Assembly (NCBI GenBank): GCA_045658225.1
Contig: JAZOUO010000009.1
Span: forward strand, 9,456-73,455
Source: Eubacteriales bacterium
GTDB taxonomy: Bacteria > Bacillota > Clostridia > Oscillospirales > CAG-272
Direction of reading: 5' to 3'
Length of the DNA stretch: 64,000 bases
Shown here: piece after piece, positions 56,860 to 64,000 of the stretch
Layout of the letters: every line of letters starts with the position of its first letter
How positions within the stretch are numbered: position 1 is the first letter of the stretch
Program-made: the position numbers and the translations under genes
The notes under the pieces: generated by a model
Databases searched by the model: none
What the model saw: only the letters and a program-made list of their open reading frames with translations
What the model was told of the DNA's origin: nothing

Positions 56860-58060
56860 TTTTATCCTCACTTTCCTGCAAGGTTATATCCACGTCAAAC
56901 TCCACCGTCTGCGCTATATTTTCGATACAGACTATCACACACCGAAGCGCAAAAAAATCATCGTGTATCTCGGGCATTATCACCTTGCGTACAAGTATAG
57001 CGTCACCCGAAAGCTCACCAAGTCTTTGAGAGAGCTCAAAATACGCAAGCTCCTCTGCCTGCGCCGTTGTACGAGTAGCGGTCTGTTTTTCATATTCAAG
57101 ATATTTATGCGTGGTTTTGGACAAAGGCAATCTGCCACCATCCAAAAAGCTATAACTATCCACTATACTTATTTTATCATAAAGTACGTATGTTTTTCCA
57201 CTGTTTTTTGAAATTTTTATCGAAAAATCGAAAAAGTTTAAATATTCGTCACAATATTCGTCACCTGTGTAGACTTTTTCCTCGTATTCGTAAGGAATTT
57301 TGATATAAAATTCCTCCGATGTCTGCGCATAAACCCTGCCCTCGGCGCGTGTGACGCGATAGCCCTCGGTCTTGCTGTCGAAAATTCCGCTAACAAGAAG
57401 GTCGCCCGCCTGAACAAAATCACCCCCCGCGACCACGACGTTGCCCGAGAGAAGCTGCACCTGAACTATCTGTCCTGCCTTTGACGCGACGAGGTTTGCG
57501 GGTGAATTACTGTCCGTGTCCTGCGTTGCGCCGCTTATCTCACGCACCTCAACCGAGGCGATATTCCCGTTTATGTTGACAGATATCCATGAGATTTTAT
57601 CCGAATCGATAAGCACTCTGTTTTGTATCTTGTCGGTATTAAGCTTGGGAATATAGCTGCCCTCGAAAAGTCCGTACTCATCGAGCATATTCAAGATTTC
57701 CTCTGTGGTGATGCTCTTGTTTCCCACAACGTCTATCCGCCAGATAAAATTCTGCATAAATATAACAAGAAAAAGCGCCGAAATAACTCCTAGCATAAGT
57801 CCGTATCTGTGTCGGCGAGCATTAAGCCAGATCGGCAGTCCGCCGACCTTCCCGACAGATATTTCAATCCCCTCGCGAGCGCAAAGAGCCTTAAGAGCTT
57901 TAAGTCTTCCAAGACGGAAAAGAAATGTCACTCCACTCTCGGACTGCTGTGTTTTTCCATACGGCAGATGATACTTCATACACAGGTTTATCAAGTCGAG
58001 AGCGCACTCTCCCTCGGCAAAAACCTCGGCATATCCCAGACAAAAATAAGTTATATTCAT
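56849..58060 (-). CDS. yqfD: sporulation protein YqfD
   Basis: Start moved to the ATG at 58060 (MNITYFCLGYAEVFAEGE), which forms an ATGA overlap with yqfC. One central TM. Confidence 0.8.
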   Translation of the reverse strand: MNITYFCLGYAEVFAEGECALDLINLCMKYHLPYGKTQQSESGVTFLFRLGRLKALKALCAREGIEISVGKVGGLPIWLNARRHRYGLMLGVISALFLVIFMQNFIWRIDVVGNKSITTEEILNMLDEYGLFEGSYIPKLNTDKIQNRVLIDSDKISWISVNINGNIASVEVREISGATQDTDSNSPANLVASKAGQIVQVQLLSGNVVVAGGDFVQAGDLLVSGIFDSKTEGYRVTRAEGRVYAQTSEEFYIKIPYEYEEKVYTGDEYCDEYLNFFDFSIKISKNSGKTYVLYDKISIVDSYSFLDGGRLPLSKTTHKYLEYEKQTATRTTAQAEELAYFELSQRLGELSGDAILVRKVIMPEIHDDFFALRCVIVCIENIAQTVEFDVDITLQESEDKNEQ

Positions 58061-58353
58061 TCGAAATTCTCCAACTCTATGCTTTTTACAATACCCTTTA
58101 TCACTATTCCCGATTGGTGAAACGAGGCACAAGTAAGCTTTTCACCGCCAATAAAAACATCAAAGACCTTGGCGCGTATCACCATTTCATTATCCGAGTA
58201 TTTTAGTATCCTTTTACCTCCGAAAATGTAAAGCTCGCGTCTGCCTCGCATCTCAAGTCTGAACTCTCCCTCAAGCAGATCGCACGGAAGCTGTGTTTTT
58301 GATACGACCACACGGAAAATGTTATTTGGTGTTTTTTTGCTATCTGTGCTCAT
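58057..58353 (-). CDS. yqfC: sporulation protein YqfC
   Basis: 98 aa, YabP/YqfC family pattern (LEMRGRRELYIFGGKRILKYSDNEMVI). Confidence 0.8.
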   Translation of the reverse strand: MSTDSKKTPNNIFRVVVSKTQLPCDLLEGEFRLEMRGRRELYIFGGKRILKYSDNEMVIRAKVFDVFIGGEKLTCASFHQSGIVIKGIVKSIELENFE

Positions 58354-58408
58354 ATTTCCACCCTCCCAAAAATAAAATTAAGGTGACAAAGCCGTGGGGG
58401 TAAGTTGT

Positions 58409-59503
58409 ATGAAAAAAGCAGATCTCAAAAAAACAGGTAGACAGGTATCTCCATTGCCTATATTTGTGCTCTTCTTGCTCGTGCTGCTGCTTATATCCCC
58501 CACAGTTTCCTTTGAGTATATGAGGGGCTCGCTCAAACTATGCGTGCAAAGTCTTGTCCCATCGCTTTTTCCTTTTATGATAATTTCGGATTTTCTCATC
58601 TCTAGCGATACGGGAAAAATACTCAAAGTGCTTTTTGCTCGTCCGTTGAGCTTTATATTCGGTACGTCTCGCGAGGGATCGTTTGCAGTGTTGCTTGGCT
58701 TTTTGTGCGGATTTCCCATAGGTGCTAAAAGCGCATTGAAGCTTTACGAGGAGAATAAAATAAGCCACACCGAGCTTTGCCACATAATGAGTTTTGGCAA
58801 CATCCCATCCCCTGCATTTATGTGTGGCGCGGTCGGACTGCTTTTTCAAAGCTCTCGAATTGGAGTAATTCTGTTTGTGTCGCTTATTTTGTCCTCGCTG
58901 ATTTTAGGAACAGTGGGAAGATTTATATACAAATACAACCGCAAGGCTGTCCCCGTATCGCAAAAAAGAACAGATGCGGTAAATGCCTTTACAAGCGCGG
59001 TATCCTCGTCTGCGGTGGTTATGCTGACTGTGTGCGGATACGTGGTGTTTTTCTCTGTGCTTATCGGGTACGCCACACGTCTGTGCGACATAGTTGGCGC
59101 GCCGAAAATACTGCCTGTAATTCTGTCTGGATTGCTTGAAATATCAAACGGAATATCACACTCGGCAGGACTTGGCGGTGATATTTCACCCATACTTGCA
59201 GCGTTTTTTGCGGGATTTTCGGGGCTTTCGGTTATTTTTCAGATAATCTCGCTTGACTCTGGCAGACACATAAGAAAAAAAACCTTTGTTGTCCAAAAGC
59301 TTTTGCAAGGAGTCCTCTGCTCAATTATATGCTTTGTTTTGCTAAAAATCTTTCCTGTGTCAGTCACTCCATCCGCCCCGACGTTGAGTGACATATCCGT
59401 TGAAAGCTACGGGCTTTATATCTGCTTTTTATTCTTCATAAGCGCAACGCTGCCGCTTCTTGCCATGTTTTTTCAAAGAAAAAAAGACTCTCACGAAAAG
59501 TGA
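58409..59503 (+). CDS. ylbJ: sporulation integral membrane protein YlbJ-like (nucleoside-recognition domain)
   Basis: I prefer the ATG at 58409. SLVPSLFPFMIISDFLI and a multi-TM profile. Confidence 0.7.
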   Translation: MKKADLKKTGRQVSPLPIFVLFLLVLLLISPTVSFEYMRGSLKLCVQSLVPSLFPFMIISDFLISSDTGKILKVLFARPLSFIFGTSREGSFAVLLGFLCGFPIGAKSALKLYEENKISHTELCHIMSFGNIPSPAFMCGAVGLLFQSSRIGVILFVSLILSSLILGTVGRFIYKYNRKAVPVSQKRTDAVNAFTSAVSSSAVVMLTVCGYVVFFSVLIGYATRLCDIVGAPKILPVILSGLLEISNGISHSAGLGGDISPILAAFFAGFSGLSVIFQIISLDSGRHIRKKTFVVQKLLQGVLCSIICFVLLKIFPVSVTPSAPTLSDISVESYGLYICFLFFISATLPLLAMFFQRKKDSHEK

Positions 59504-59519
59504 TAGCCTATGAAAAATT

Positions 59520-59559
59520 ATAAAAACACAAAAGCACCTACGCTTTTGCATAGGTGCTT
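59520..59559 (-). terminator. terminator of the distal tRNA-like unit
   Basis: On the minus strand: AAGCACCTA-tgcaaaagcg-TAGGTGCTT + TTTGTGTTTTT. Confidence 0.75.
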
Positions 59560-59664
59560 TGGAGCTGGTAATCAGAATTCAACTGATGACCGACGTTTGC
59601 GTAGCAAACTCGCGGCAGTGAGCGAAGCGAACGTATGTCGTCCTTACCAATGACGTGCTCTACC
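59560..59664 (-). ncRNA. tRNA-Thr-derived tRNA-like unit 1 (46-nt variable-loop insert, degenerate 5' half)
   Basis: The D-stem 3' strand and anticodon stem-loop are identical to the real tRNA at 21/21 nt. Variable-3'/T-arm/acceptor-3'/CCA match at 30/32. The insert lies at 59592-59637. The T-loop reads TTGAATT. Confidence 0.55.
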
Positions 59665-59675
59665 CCTCAAATCAT

Positions 59676-59715
59676 ACATAAACACAAAAGCACCCACGCT
59701 TTTGCATAGGTGCTT
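59676..59715 (-). terminator. terminator of tRNA-like unit 2
   Basis: Same hairpin as the other two terminators. The single arm difference gives a U-G pair on the minus strand and a C-A mismatch on the plus strand. Confidence 0.75.
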
Positions 59716-59829
59716 TGGAGCTGGTAATCAGAATTCAACTGATGACCCGACGTTTGCGTAGCAAACTCGCGGCAGTGAGCGAGCAATGTGAGCGAACGTA
59801 TGTCGTCCTTACCAATGACGTGCTCTACC
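59716..59829 (-). ncRNA. tRNA-Thr-derived tRNA-like unit 2 (55-nt variable-loop insert, degenerate 5' half)
   Basis: Same architecture as unit 1. The insert lies at 59748-59802 and differs from unit 1 by an 8-nt internal indel plus 1 nt. Confidence 0.55.
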
Positions 59830-59840
59830 CCTCAAGTCAT

Positions 59841-59880
59841 ACACAAACACAAAAGCACCTACGCTATTGCATAGGTGCTT
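59841..59880 (-). terminator. terminator of tRNA-Thr
   Basis: On the minus strand: AAGCACCTA-tgcaatagcg-TAGGTGCTT + TTTGTGTTTGTGT. Confidence 0.75.
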
Positions 59881-59956
59881 TGGAGCTGGTAATCAGAATC
59901 GAACTGATGACCTCGTCATTACCAATGACGTGCTCTACCGACTGAGCCATACCAGC
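59881..59956 (-). tRNA. tRNA-Thr (anticodon GGT), CCA encoded
   Basis: Hand-folded as GCTGGTA-TG-GCTC-AGTCGGTA-GAGC-A-CGTCA-TTGGTAA-TGACG-AGGTC-ATCAG-TTCGATT-CTGAT-TACCAGC-T-CCA. All four stems are perfect. Confidence 0.9.
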
Positions 59957-60013
59957 GAAGTATGAGCTTGTGTGGCGCAAGGAGGTAGCGCAAAACCACC
60001 AAAGGTGGTGAAA

Positions 60014-60035
60014 CTACCGACTGAGCCATACCAGC
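60014..60035 (-). repeat. exact 22-nt duplicate of the tRNA-Thr 5' end (acceptor 5' strand + D-stem/loop)
   Basis: ctaccgactgagccataccagc is identical to 59935-59956 and sits 79 nt upstream on the minus strand. Confidence 0.9.
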
Positions 60036-60059
60036 ATGCCACTTTGTGACGACCTGTGT

Positions 60060-60088
60060 ATTATATCAAATAAAATTGCGTTTGTCAA
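60060..60088 (-). promoter_or_regulatory. perfect consensus sigma-A promoter driving the tRNA-Thr array
   Basis: On the minus strand: TTGACA (60083-60088), 17-nt spacer, TATAAT (60060-60065). Confidence 0.75.
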
Positions 60089-60125
60089 GGGCTTTTGAAA
60101 AAAATTTCGTATTTTTATAAATGTA

Positions 60126-60154
60126 TTGCAAATCTCCTCTTATTATGGTATAAT
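60126..60154 (+). promoter_or_regulatory. sigma-A promoter for the flavin reductase-rubredoxin gene
   Basis: TTGCAA, 17-nt spacer, TGgTATAAT (extended -10). Confidence 0.6.
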
Positions 60155-60192
60155 AAGGCTACAAACACAACAAACACCAAGGAGGTAAACAT

Positions 60193-60795
60193 ATGGATCC
60201 TAAGGCTTTATTCAAAATAGGCTACGGTCTTTACGTTGTGACGGTCAACGACGGCGTCAAGGACACAGGCTGTATCCTCAACTCCATAATGCAGGTCACA
60301 GGCTCGCCAGCGAGAGTTGCGGTGACAATAAACAAGTCAAATTACACCTACGAGGTCGTAAAAAACACGGGCAAGATGAACATAAACTGCCTTACTGTTG
60401 ACGCGCCGTTCTCTGTCTTTGAAAAATTCGGCTTCAAGAGCGGCAGGAACACGGTCAAGCTCGGCGGCGAGTTTCTTCCCCGCTCAAAGAACGGTCTCGG
60501 ATATCTGACAAAATATATAAATTCGTATATTTCTCTCGAAACCGAGAAGTTTATCGACCTTGACACACACGTTATGTTTATCTGCAAGGTTGTTGACGCG
60601 CAGGTAATTTCCAACGCCGAGACTATGACGTACAGCTACTATCACGCAAACGTCAAGCCCAAGCCACAGAAACCCAAGACAAAGGGATACGTGTGCAAAA
60701 TATGCGGATATATTTACGAGGGTGACCCTCTTCCTGAGGACTTTATCTGCCCTCTCTGTAAGCACCCCGCGTCTGATTTCGAACCGCTTGATTAA
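60193..60795 (+). CDS. flavin reductase-like domain fused to rubredoxin (high-molecular-weight rubredoxin type)
   Basis: 200 aa. The N-terminal half is a flavin reductase fold (GLYVVTV...GCILNS). The C-terminus [27 protein letters not shown] is rubredoxin. AAGGAGG RBS. Confidence 0.8.
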   Translation: MDPKALFKIGYGLYVVTVNDGVKDTGCILNSIMQVTGSPARVAVTINKSNYTYEVVKNTGKMNINCLTVDAPFSVFEKFGFKSGRNTVKLGGEFLPRSKNGLGYLTKYINSYISLETEKFIDLDTHVMFICKVVDAQVISNAETMTYSYYHANVKPKPQKPKTKGYVCKICGYIYEGDPLPEDFICPLCKHPASDFEPLD

Positions 60796-60808
60796 GACAT
60801 TATATTAA

Positions 60809-60840
60809 ATTCTCGGGCATCGTGCCCGAGAATTTTTTTA
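60809..60840 (+). terminator. rho-independent terminator
   Basis: ATTCTCGGGCA-tcg-TGCCCGAGAAT + TTTTTTT. Confidence 0.85.
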
Positions 60841-60847
60841 AAAATCA

Positions 60848-60876
60848 TTGACAAGTATACTTTTATTTGTTATAAT
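60848..60876 (+). promoter_or_regulatory. perfect consensus sigma-A promoter for the valS leader
   Basis: TTGACA (60848-60853), 17-nt spacer, TATAAT (60871-60876). Confidence 0.75.
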
Positions 60877-60882
60877 ATGGTG

Positions 60883-61132
60883 TAAAAATTAAAACACTTT
60901 GATCGGAAGTAGTAAATTGTGAGTCCTTTGCAGAGAGTGGGCGGTCGGTGCGAGCCTACAAGGATAGCTTTTGAAGTCGTCCGTTAGTGGTGTGGGTGAA
61001 GGCGTCCGCATATAGCCTGCAACGGTTGCTCCGTTATAGCATAAGAGAGATATTTGCCAAGAGGCAAGTATAAATTAGGTGGTACCGCGTGTATTATTAT
61101 GCGTCCTGATGTTTTACATCAGGGCATTTTTT
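60883..61132 (+). promoter_or_regulatory. T-box riboswitch leader (Val specifier) with terminator/antiterminator
   Basis: T-box sequence AAATTAGGTGGTACCGCG at 61072-61089. AGAGAG/GGTGCGA stem I elements. GTC codons at 60976-60981 in the specifier region. Terminator GTCCTGATG-tttta-CATCAGGGC + TTTTTT at 61103-61132. Confidence 0.85.
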
Positions 61133-61170
61133 GTTTTATAAACAATTTCAAAAAATACAGGAGATTAAAA

Positions 61171-63819
61171 ATGAATTCTTACAACGAGCTTCCAAAAACA
61201 TATTCTCCTCAGGATTTTGAGGACAGAATTTATGCAAATTGGTGCGAAAAGGGTTATTTTACACCCGATGCAAAGAACAATAATCCCGCATTTTCAGTAG
61301 TTATTCCTCCCCCGAACGTCACGGGCCAGCTCCATATGGGTCACGCGCTTGACGAGACACTTCAGGACATTCTCGTTCGCTACAAGAGAATGCAGGGCTA
61401 CAACACCCTCTGGGTGCCCGGCACAGACCACGCGGGAATTGCTACACAGATAAAGGTTGAGGAGAGACTCCGCGTTGACGAGGGTCTTACTCGTTATGAC
61501 CTCGGCAGAGAAAAATTCCTTGAGCGCGTATGGGGTTGGAAGGACACTTACGAGGCTCGCATTACAAGTCAGCTCAAAAAGCTTGGCGCGTCTTGTGACT
61601 GGTCACGTCAGAGATTTACTATGGACGAGGGCTGCTCAAAAGCTGTTCGCGAGGTATTTGTAAACCTTTACGACAAGGGACTTATCTACCGCGGTCACAG
61701 AATAATCAACTGGTGTCCCAGATGTCTGACTGCTCTGTCCGACGCCGAGGTTGAGTACAAGGATCAGCCTGGATTTTTCTGGCACATAAAGTACCCCATT
61801 ATCGGTGAGGACGGCTACGTTGAGGTAGCTACAACTCGTCCCGAGACTATGTTCGGTGATACCGCCGTTGCGGTTAACCCCGAGGACGAAAAGACAAAGC
61901 ACCTCATCGGAAAGAAGGTTCTTCTTCCCATAGTAAACAGAGAAATTCCCGTTATTGCCGACGACTACGTAGAGATCGGCTTTGGTACGGGTTGCGTAAA
62001 GATCACTCCCGCACACGACCCCAACGACTTTATGGTAGGTCAGAGACACAACCTTGAGCAGATAAAGGTTATGAACGACGACGCGACTATGAACTCGGGC
62101 GCGGGCAAGTACGAGGGTATGGACAGATACGAATGTCGCAAGGCTCTTGTCTCTGATCTTGAGGCAGAGGGTTATCTTGTAAAGGTCGAGCCTCACGACC
62201 ACAATGTTGGCGTTTGCTACCGTTGCGGCACGACAGTTGAGCCTCTCACGAGCGACCAGTGGTTCGTTAAGATGAAGCCCCTCGCGGCTCCCGCTATTGA
62301 GGCAGTTGAGTGTGGTGACATCAACTTCGTTCCCGAGCGTTTCTCCAAAAACTATTTTAACTGGATGAACAACATCCTTGACTGGTGTATCTCCCGTCAG
62401 CTCTGGTGGGGACACAGAATTCCCGCGTTCTATTGCGATACGTGCGGAGAGATGACGGTTTCTAAGACCGACATCTGCACCTGTCCCAAGTGCGGCGCAC
62501 CTGTTCGTCAGGACCCCGACGTGCTTGACACGTGGTTCTCCTCGGCTCTCTGGCCCTTCTCTACTCTCGGTTGGCCCGAGTCAACAGAGGATCTTAAAAA
62601 GTATTATCCCACGAGCGTGCTCGTAACGGGTTACGATATTATCACGTTCTGGGTATCGCGTATGATATTCTCAGGACTTGAGCATATGGGACAAAAGCCC
62701 TTCTCCACCGTATTCATTCACGGTCTTGTAAGAGACGCGCAGGGCAGAAAGATGTCAAAGTCTCTCGGCAACGGAATAGACCCGCTTGAAGTTATAAAGA
62801 CCTACGGCGCAGACGCGCTCCGCTTTGCGCTCGCGACAGGCAACTCCCCCGGAAATGATATGAGATTCTCGGACGAAAAGATCGAGGCAGCAAGAAACTT
62901 TGCAAACAAGCTCTGGAACGCGTCGAGATTCGTAAGAATGAATCTTACCATTGACGAGATAAAGCTTCCCGAAGCGGACAAGCTCGCACTCGAGGATAAG
63001 TGGATACTCAACGAGTACAATAAGCTCGTAGAAAACGTTGTTGGCGCGCTTGACAAATTTGAAGTCGGCGTTGCTCTCTCTGCTATCTACGACTTTGCTT
63101 GGGATATCTTCTGCGACTGGTACATTGAGCTTGCAAAGGCAAGACTTAACGACAAGGAGACAAAGGCAAATCTTATCTGCCAGAACGTTATCTCTTACGT
63201 TCTCACAGGTATTCTCAAGCTGCTCCATCCCTTTATGCCCTTTATCACAGAGGAGATATATCAGAGCCTTCCCCACGATTGCGAAAGCATCATGATCTCC
63301 GAATATCCCGTATATTCCGAGGCTCTCTGCTTCGCTCAGCAGGCTGACGAGATGGGCAAGATAATTGACGCTATCAAGGCTATAAGAACCCGCCGCAGTG
63401 AGATGAACGTTGTTCCCTCCCGCAAGGCAAAGGTTTATATTGAAACTAAATATCAGGACATTTTCGACGGTCAGTCCGCTGTATTCTTCAGCCGTCTTGC
63501 ATCGGCCTCCGAGGTTATAGTTTCGGATAAGTTTGACGGAAATGAAGTCTCTGCCGACAACGCGGTACAGATAATCACCGATGCTTGCACCATATATCTT
63601 CCCCTCTCCGATATTATCGACTTTGAAAAGGAAAAGGCGAGACTTCAGAGCGAGCAGAAAAAGCTTATCGGCGAGATAGAGAGAATCGAAAAGAAGCTTG
63701 CAAACGAGGGCTTTGTGTCCAAGGCTCCCGCGGCAGTAATTGAGGGCGAGCGCGCAAAGCTTGCAAAGTATCGCGAAAATCTTGACGGTGTACTTTCGGC
63801 ACTCGCAAAGCTTGGATAA
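61171..63819 (+). CDS. valS: valine--tRNA ligase
   Basis: Start moved to the ATG at 61171 ([17 protein letters not shown]), with an AGGAGA RBS. HIGH-type motif [20 protein letters not shown] motif, and a C-terminal coiled coil. Confidence 0.97.
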   Translation: MNSYNELPKTYSPQDFEDRIYANWCEKGYFTPDAKNNNPAFSVVIPPPNVTGQLHMGHALDETLQDILVRYKRMQGYNTLWVPGTDHAGIATQIKVEERLRVDEGLTRYDLGREKFLERVWGWKDTYEARITSQLKKLGASCDWSRQRFTMDEGCSKAVREVFVNLYDKGLIYRGHRIINWCPRCLTALSDAEVEYKDQPGFFWHIKYPIIGEDGYVEVATTRPETMFGDTAVAVNPEDEKTKHLIGKKVLLPIVNREIPVIADDYVEIGFGTGCVKITPAHDPNDFMVGQRHNLEQIKVMNDDATMNSGAGKYEGMDRYECRKALVSDLEAEGYLVKVEPHDHNVGVCYRCGTTVEPLTSDQWFVKMKPLAAPAIEAVECGDINFVPERFSKNYFNWMNNILDWCISRQLWWGHRIPAFYCDTCGEMTVSKTDICTCPKCGAPVRQDPDVLDTWFSSALWPFSTLGWPESTEDLKKYYPTSVLVTGYDIITFWVSRMIFSGLEHMGQKPFSTVFIHGLVRDAQGRKMSKSLGNGIDPLEVIKTYGADALRFALATGNSPGNDMRFSDEKIEAARNFANKLWNASRFVRMNLTIDEIKLPEADKLALEDKWILNEYNKLVENVVGALDKFEVGVALSAIYDFAWDIFCDWYIELAKARLNDKETKANLICQNVISYVLTGILKLLHPFMPFITEEIYQSLPHDCESIMISEYPVYSEALCFAQQADEMGKIIDAIKAIRTRRSEMNVVPSRKAKVYIETKYQDIFDGQSAVFFSRLASASEVIVSDKFDGNEVSADNAVQIITDACTIYLPLSDIIDFEKEKARLQSEQKKLIGEIERIEKKLANEGFVSKAPAAVIEGERAKLAKYRENLDGVLSALAKLG

Positions 63820-63856
63820 AATTTTTTCAAAAATCTGAAACCTAATCTAAAATTTG

Positions 63857-63916
63857 GCGACCTTATAAGTAGAGGAGCAAACACGCTCCAAAAATCTGCT
63901 TATAGGGTCGCTTTTG
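63857..63916 (+). terminator. valS terminator (Y-shaped hairpin)
   Basis: GCGACCTTATAAG...CTTATAGGGTCGC + TTTTG, with an inner hairpin GGAGC..GCTCC. Confidence 0.6.
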
Positions 63917-63934
63917 CGATGGAAAGGAACTGTT

Positions 63935-64000
63935 ATGAAAAAATTCAGAATTTTAGCTTTATGTCTTGTACTGATCGTGGCTATTGCCATTTCTATGACG
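63935..64000 (+). CDS. 5' end of a secreted/lipoprotein-like gene, truncated by the right edge
   Basis: ATG at 63935 with a GGAAAGGA RBS. MKKFRILALCLVLIVAIAISMT is signal-peptide-like. Confidence 0.4.
   Translation, partial: MKKFRILALCLVLIVAIAISMT

Noticed and set aside
59715-59945. A 76-aa ORF (MELVIRIQLMTRRLRSKLAAVSEQ...) across the tRNA repeat region.
   Set aside because: It is a translation of the reverse complement of the tRNA-Thr and tRNA-like units. The ELVIRI.LMT repeats mirror the T-arm/acceptor sequence. It has no RBS.
59520-60040. A possible CRISPR array or integrative-element att repeats at the tRNA.
   Set aside because: The repeat period is 156-165 nt and the units contain a tRNA body plus a terminator, not 25-40-nt repeats with unique spacers. 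No cas genes, integrase or recombinase lies within 20 kb on either side. The att-scar explanation is kept only as an alternative hypothesis in the finding.
1-64000. A search for a protein-encoded defence or accessory island (toxin-antitoxin, restriction-modification, CBASS, retron, Abi, prophage).
   Set aside because: Every sizeable ORF is accounted for by a housekeeping, sporulation or envelope family, or by a small membrane protein. No reverse transcriptase, nuclease-NTPase pair, methyltransferase-endonuclease pair, integrase or phage structural gene was seen. Gene order matches conserved Firmicute core blocks.

Overview
The window reads as core chromosome of an endospore-forming Firmicute, probably Clostridia-like, at roughly mid-40s % GC by eye. 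I support about 60 protein genes, 50 of them on the minus strand and tightly packed.

Gene content is almost entirely housekeeping:
- Transcription, translation and RNA processing: nusB, trmD, rimM, ybeY, era, rsmD, dtd, and valS with a T-box leader.
- DNA repair: uvrA, uvrB, uvrC, recJ, recO, UDG family 4 and a DinG/XPD-type helicase.
- Nucleotide signalling: relA and cdaA-cdaR.
- Central metabolism: pgi, pncB, coaD, mtaD and aminotransferases.
- Sporulation and division: yabP-yabQ-divIC, a spoVB-like flippase, yqfC-yqfD and ylbJ.

Local gene order resembles known Bacillus blocks (mazG-yabO-yabP-yabQ-divIC; phoH-ybeY-era-recO; recJ-relA-dtd). I see no CRISPR array, integrase, transposase, phage gene or recognisable defence operon.

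The signals that do not fit ordinary annotation are non-coding:
1. A tRNA-Thr(GGU) locus at 59.5-60.1 kb. One intact tRNA is followed by two near-identical tRNA-like units that carry a 46/55-nt insert exactly in the variable loop, each with its own terminator. The locus is preceded by a duplicated 22-nt tRNA 5' fragment and a two-hairpin leader, all under a perfect consensus promoter.
2. A 324-bp, highly structured intergenic element at 38.2-38.5 kb between uvrA and a PHP phosphatase gene. It is bounded by two related 32-bp palindromes. It contains a three-way junction, GNRA and CUUG tetraloops when read on the minus strand, and two alternative pairing strands.
3. A roughly 30-nt hairpin module shared by these two loci.

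These are candidate undescribed RNA elements. Their function is inference only. Several protein-level oddities are also listed: an apparently catalytically dead SGNH-fold protein, a helicase with a nuclease-like N-terminal domain, an HD + DUF5662-like fusion, and a Cys-repeat surface protein.
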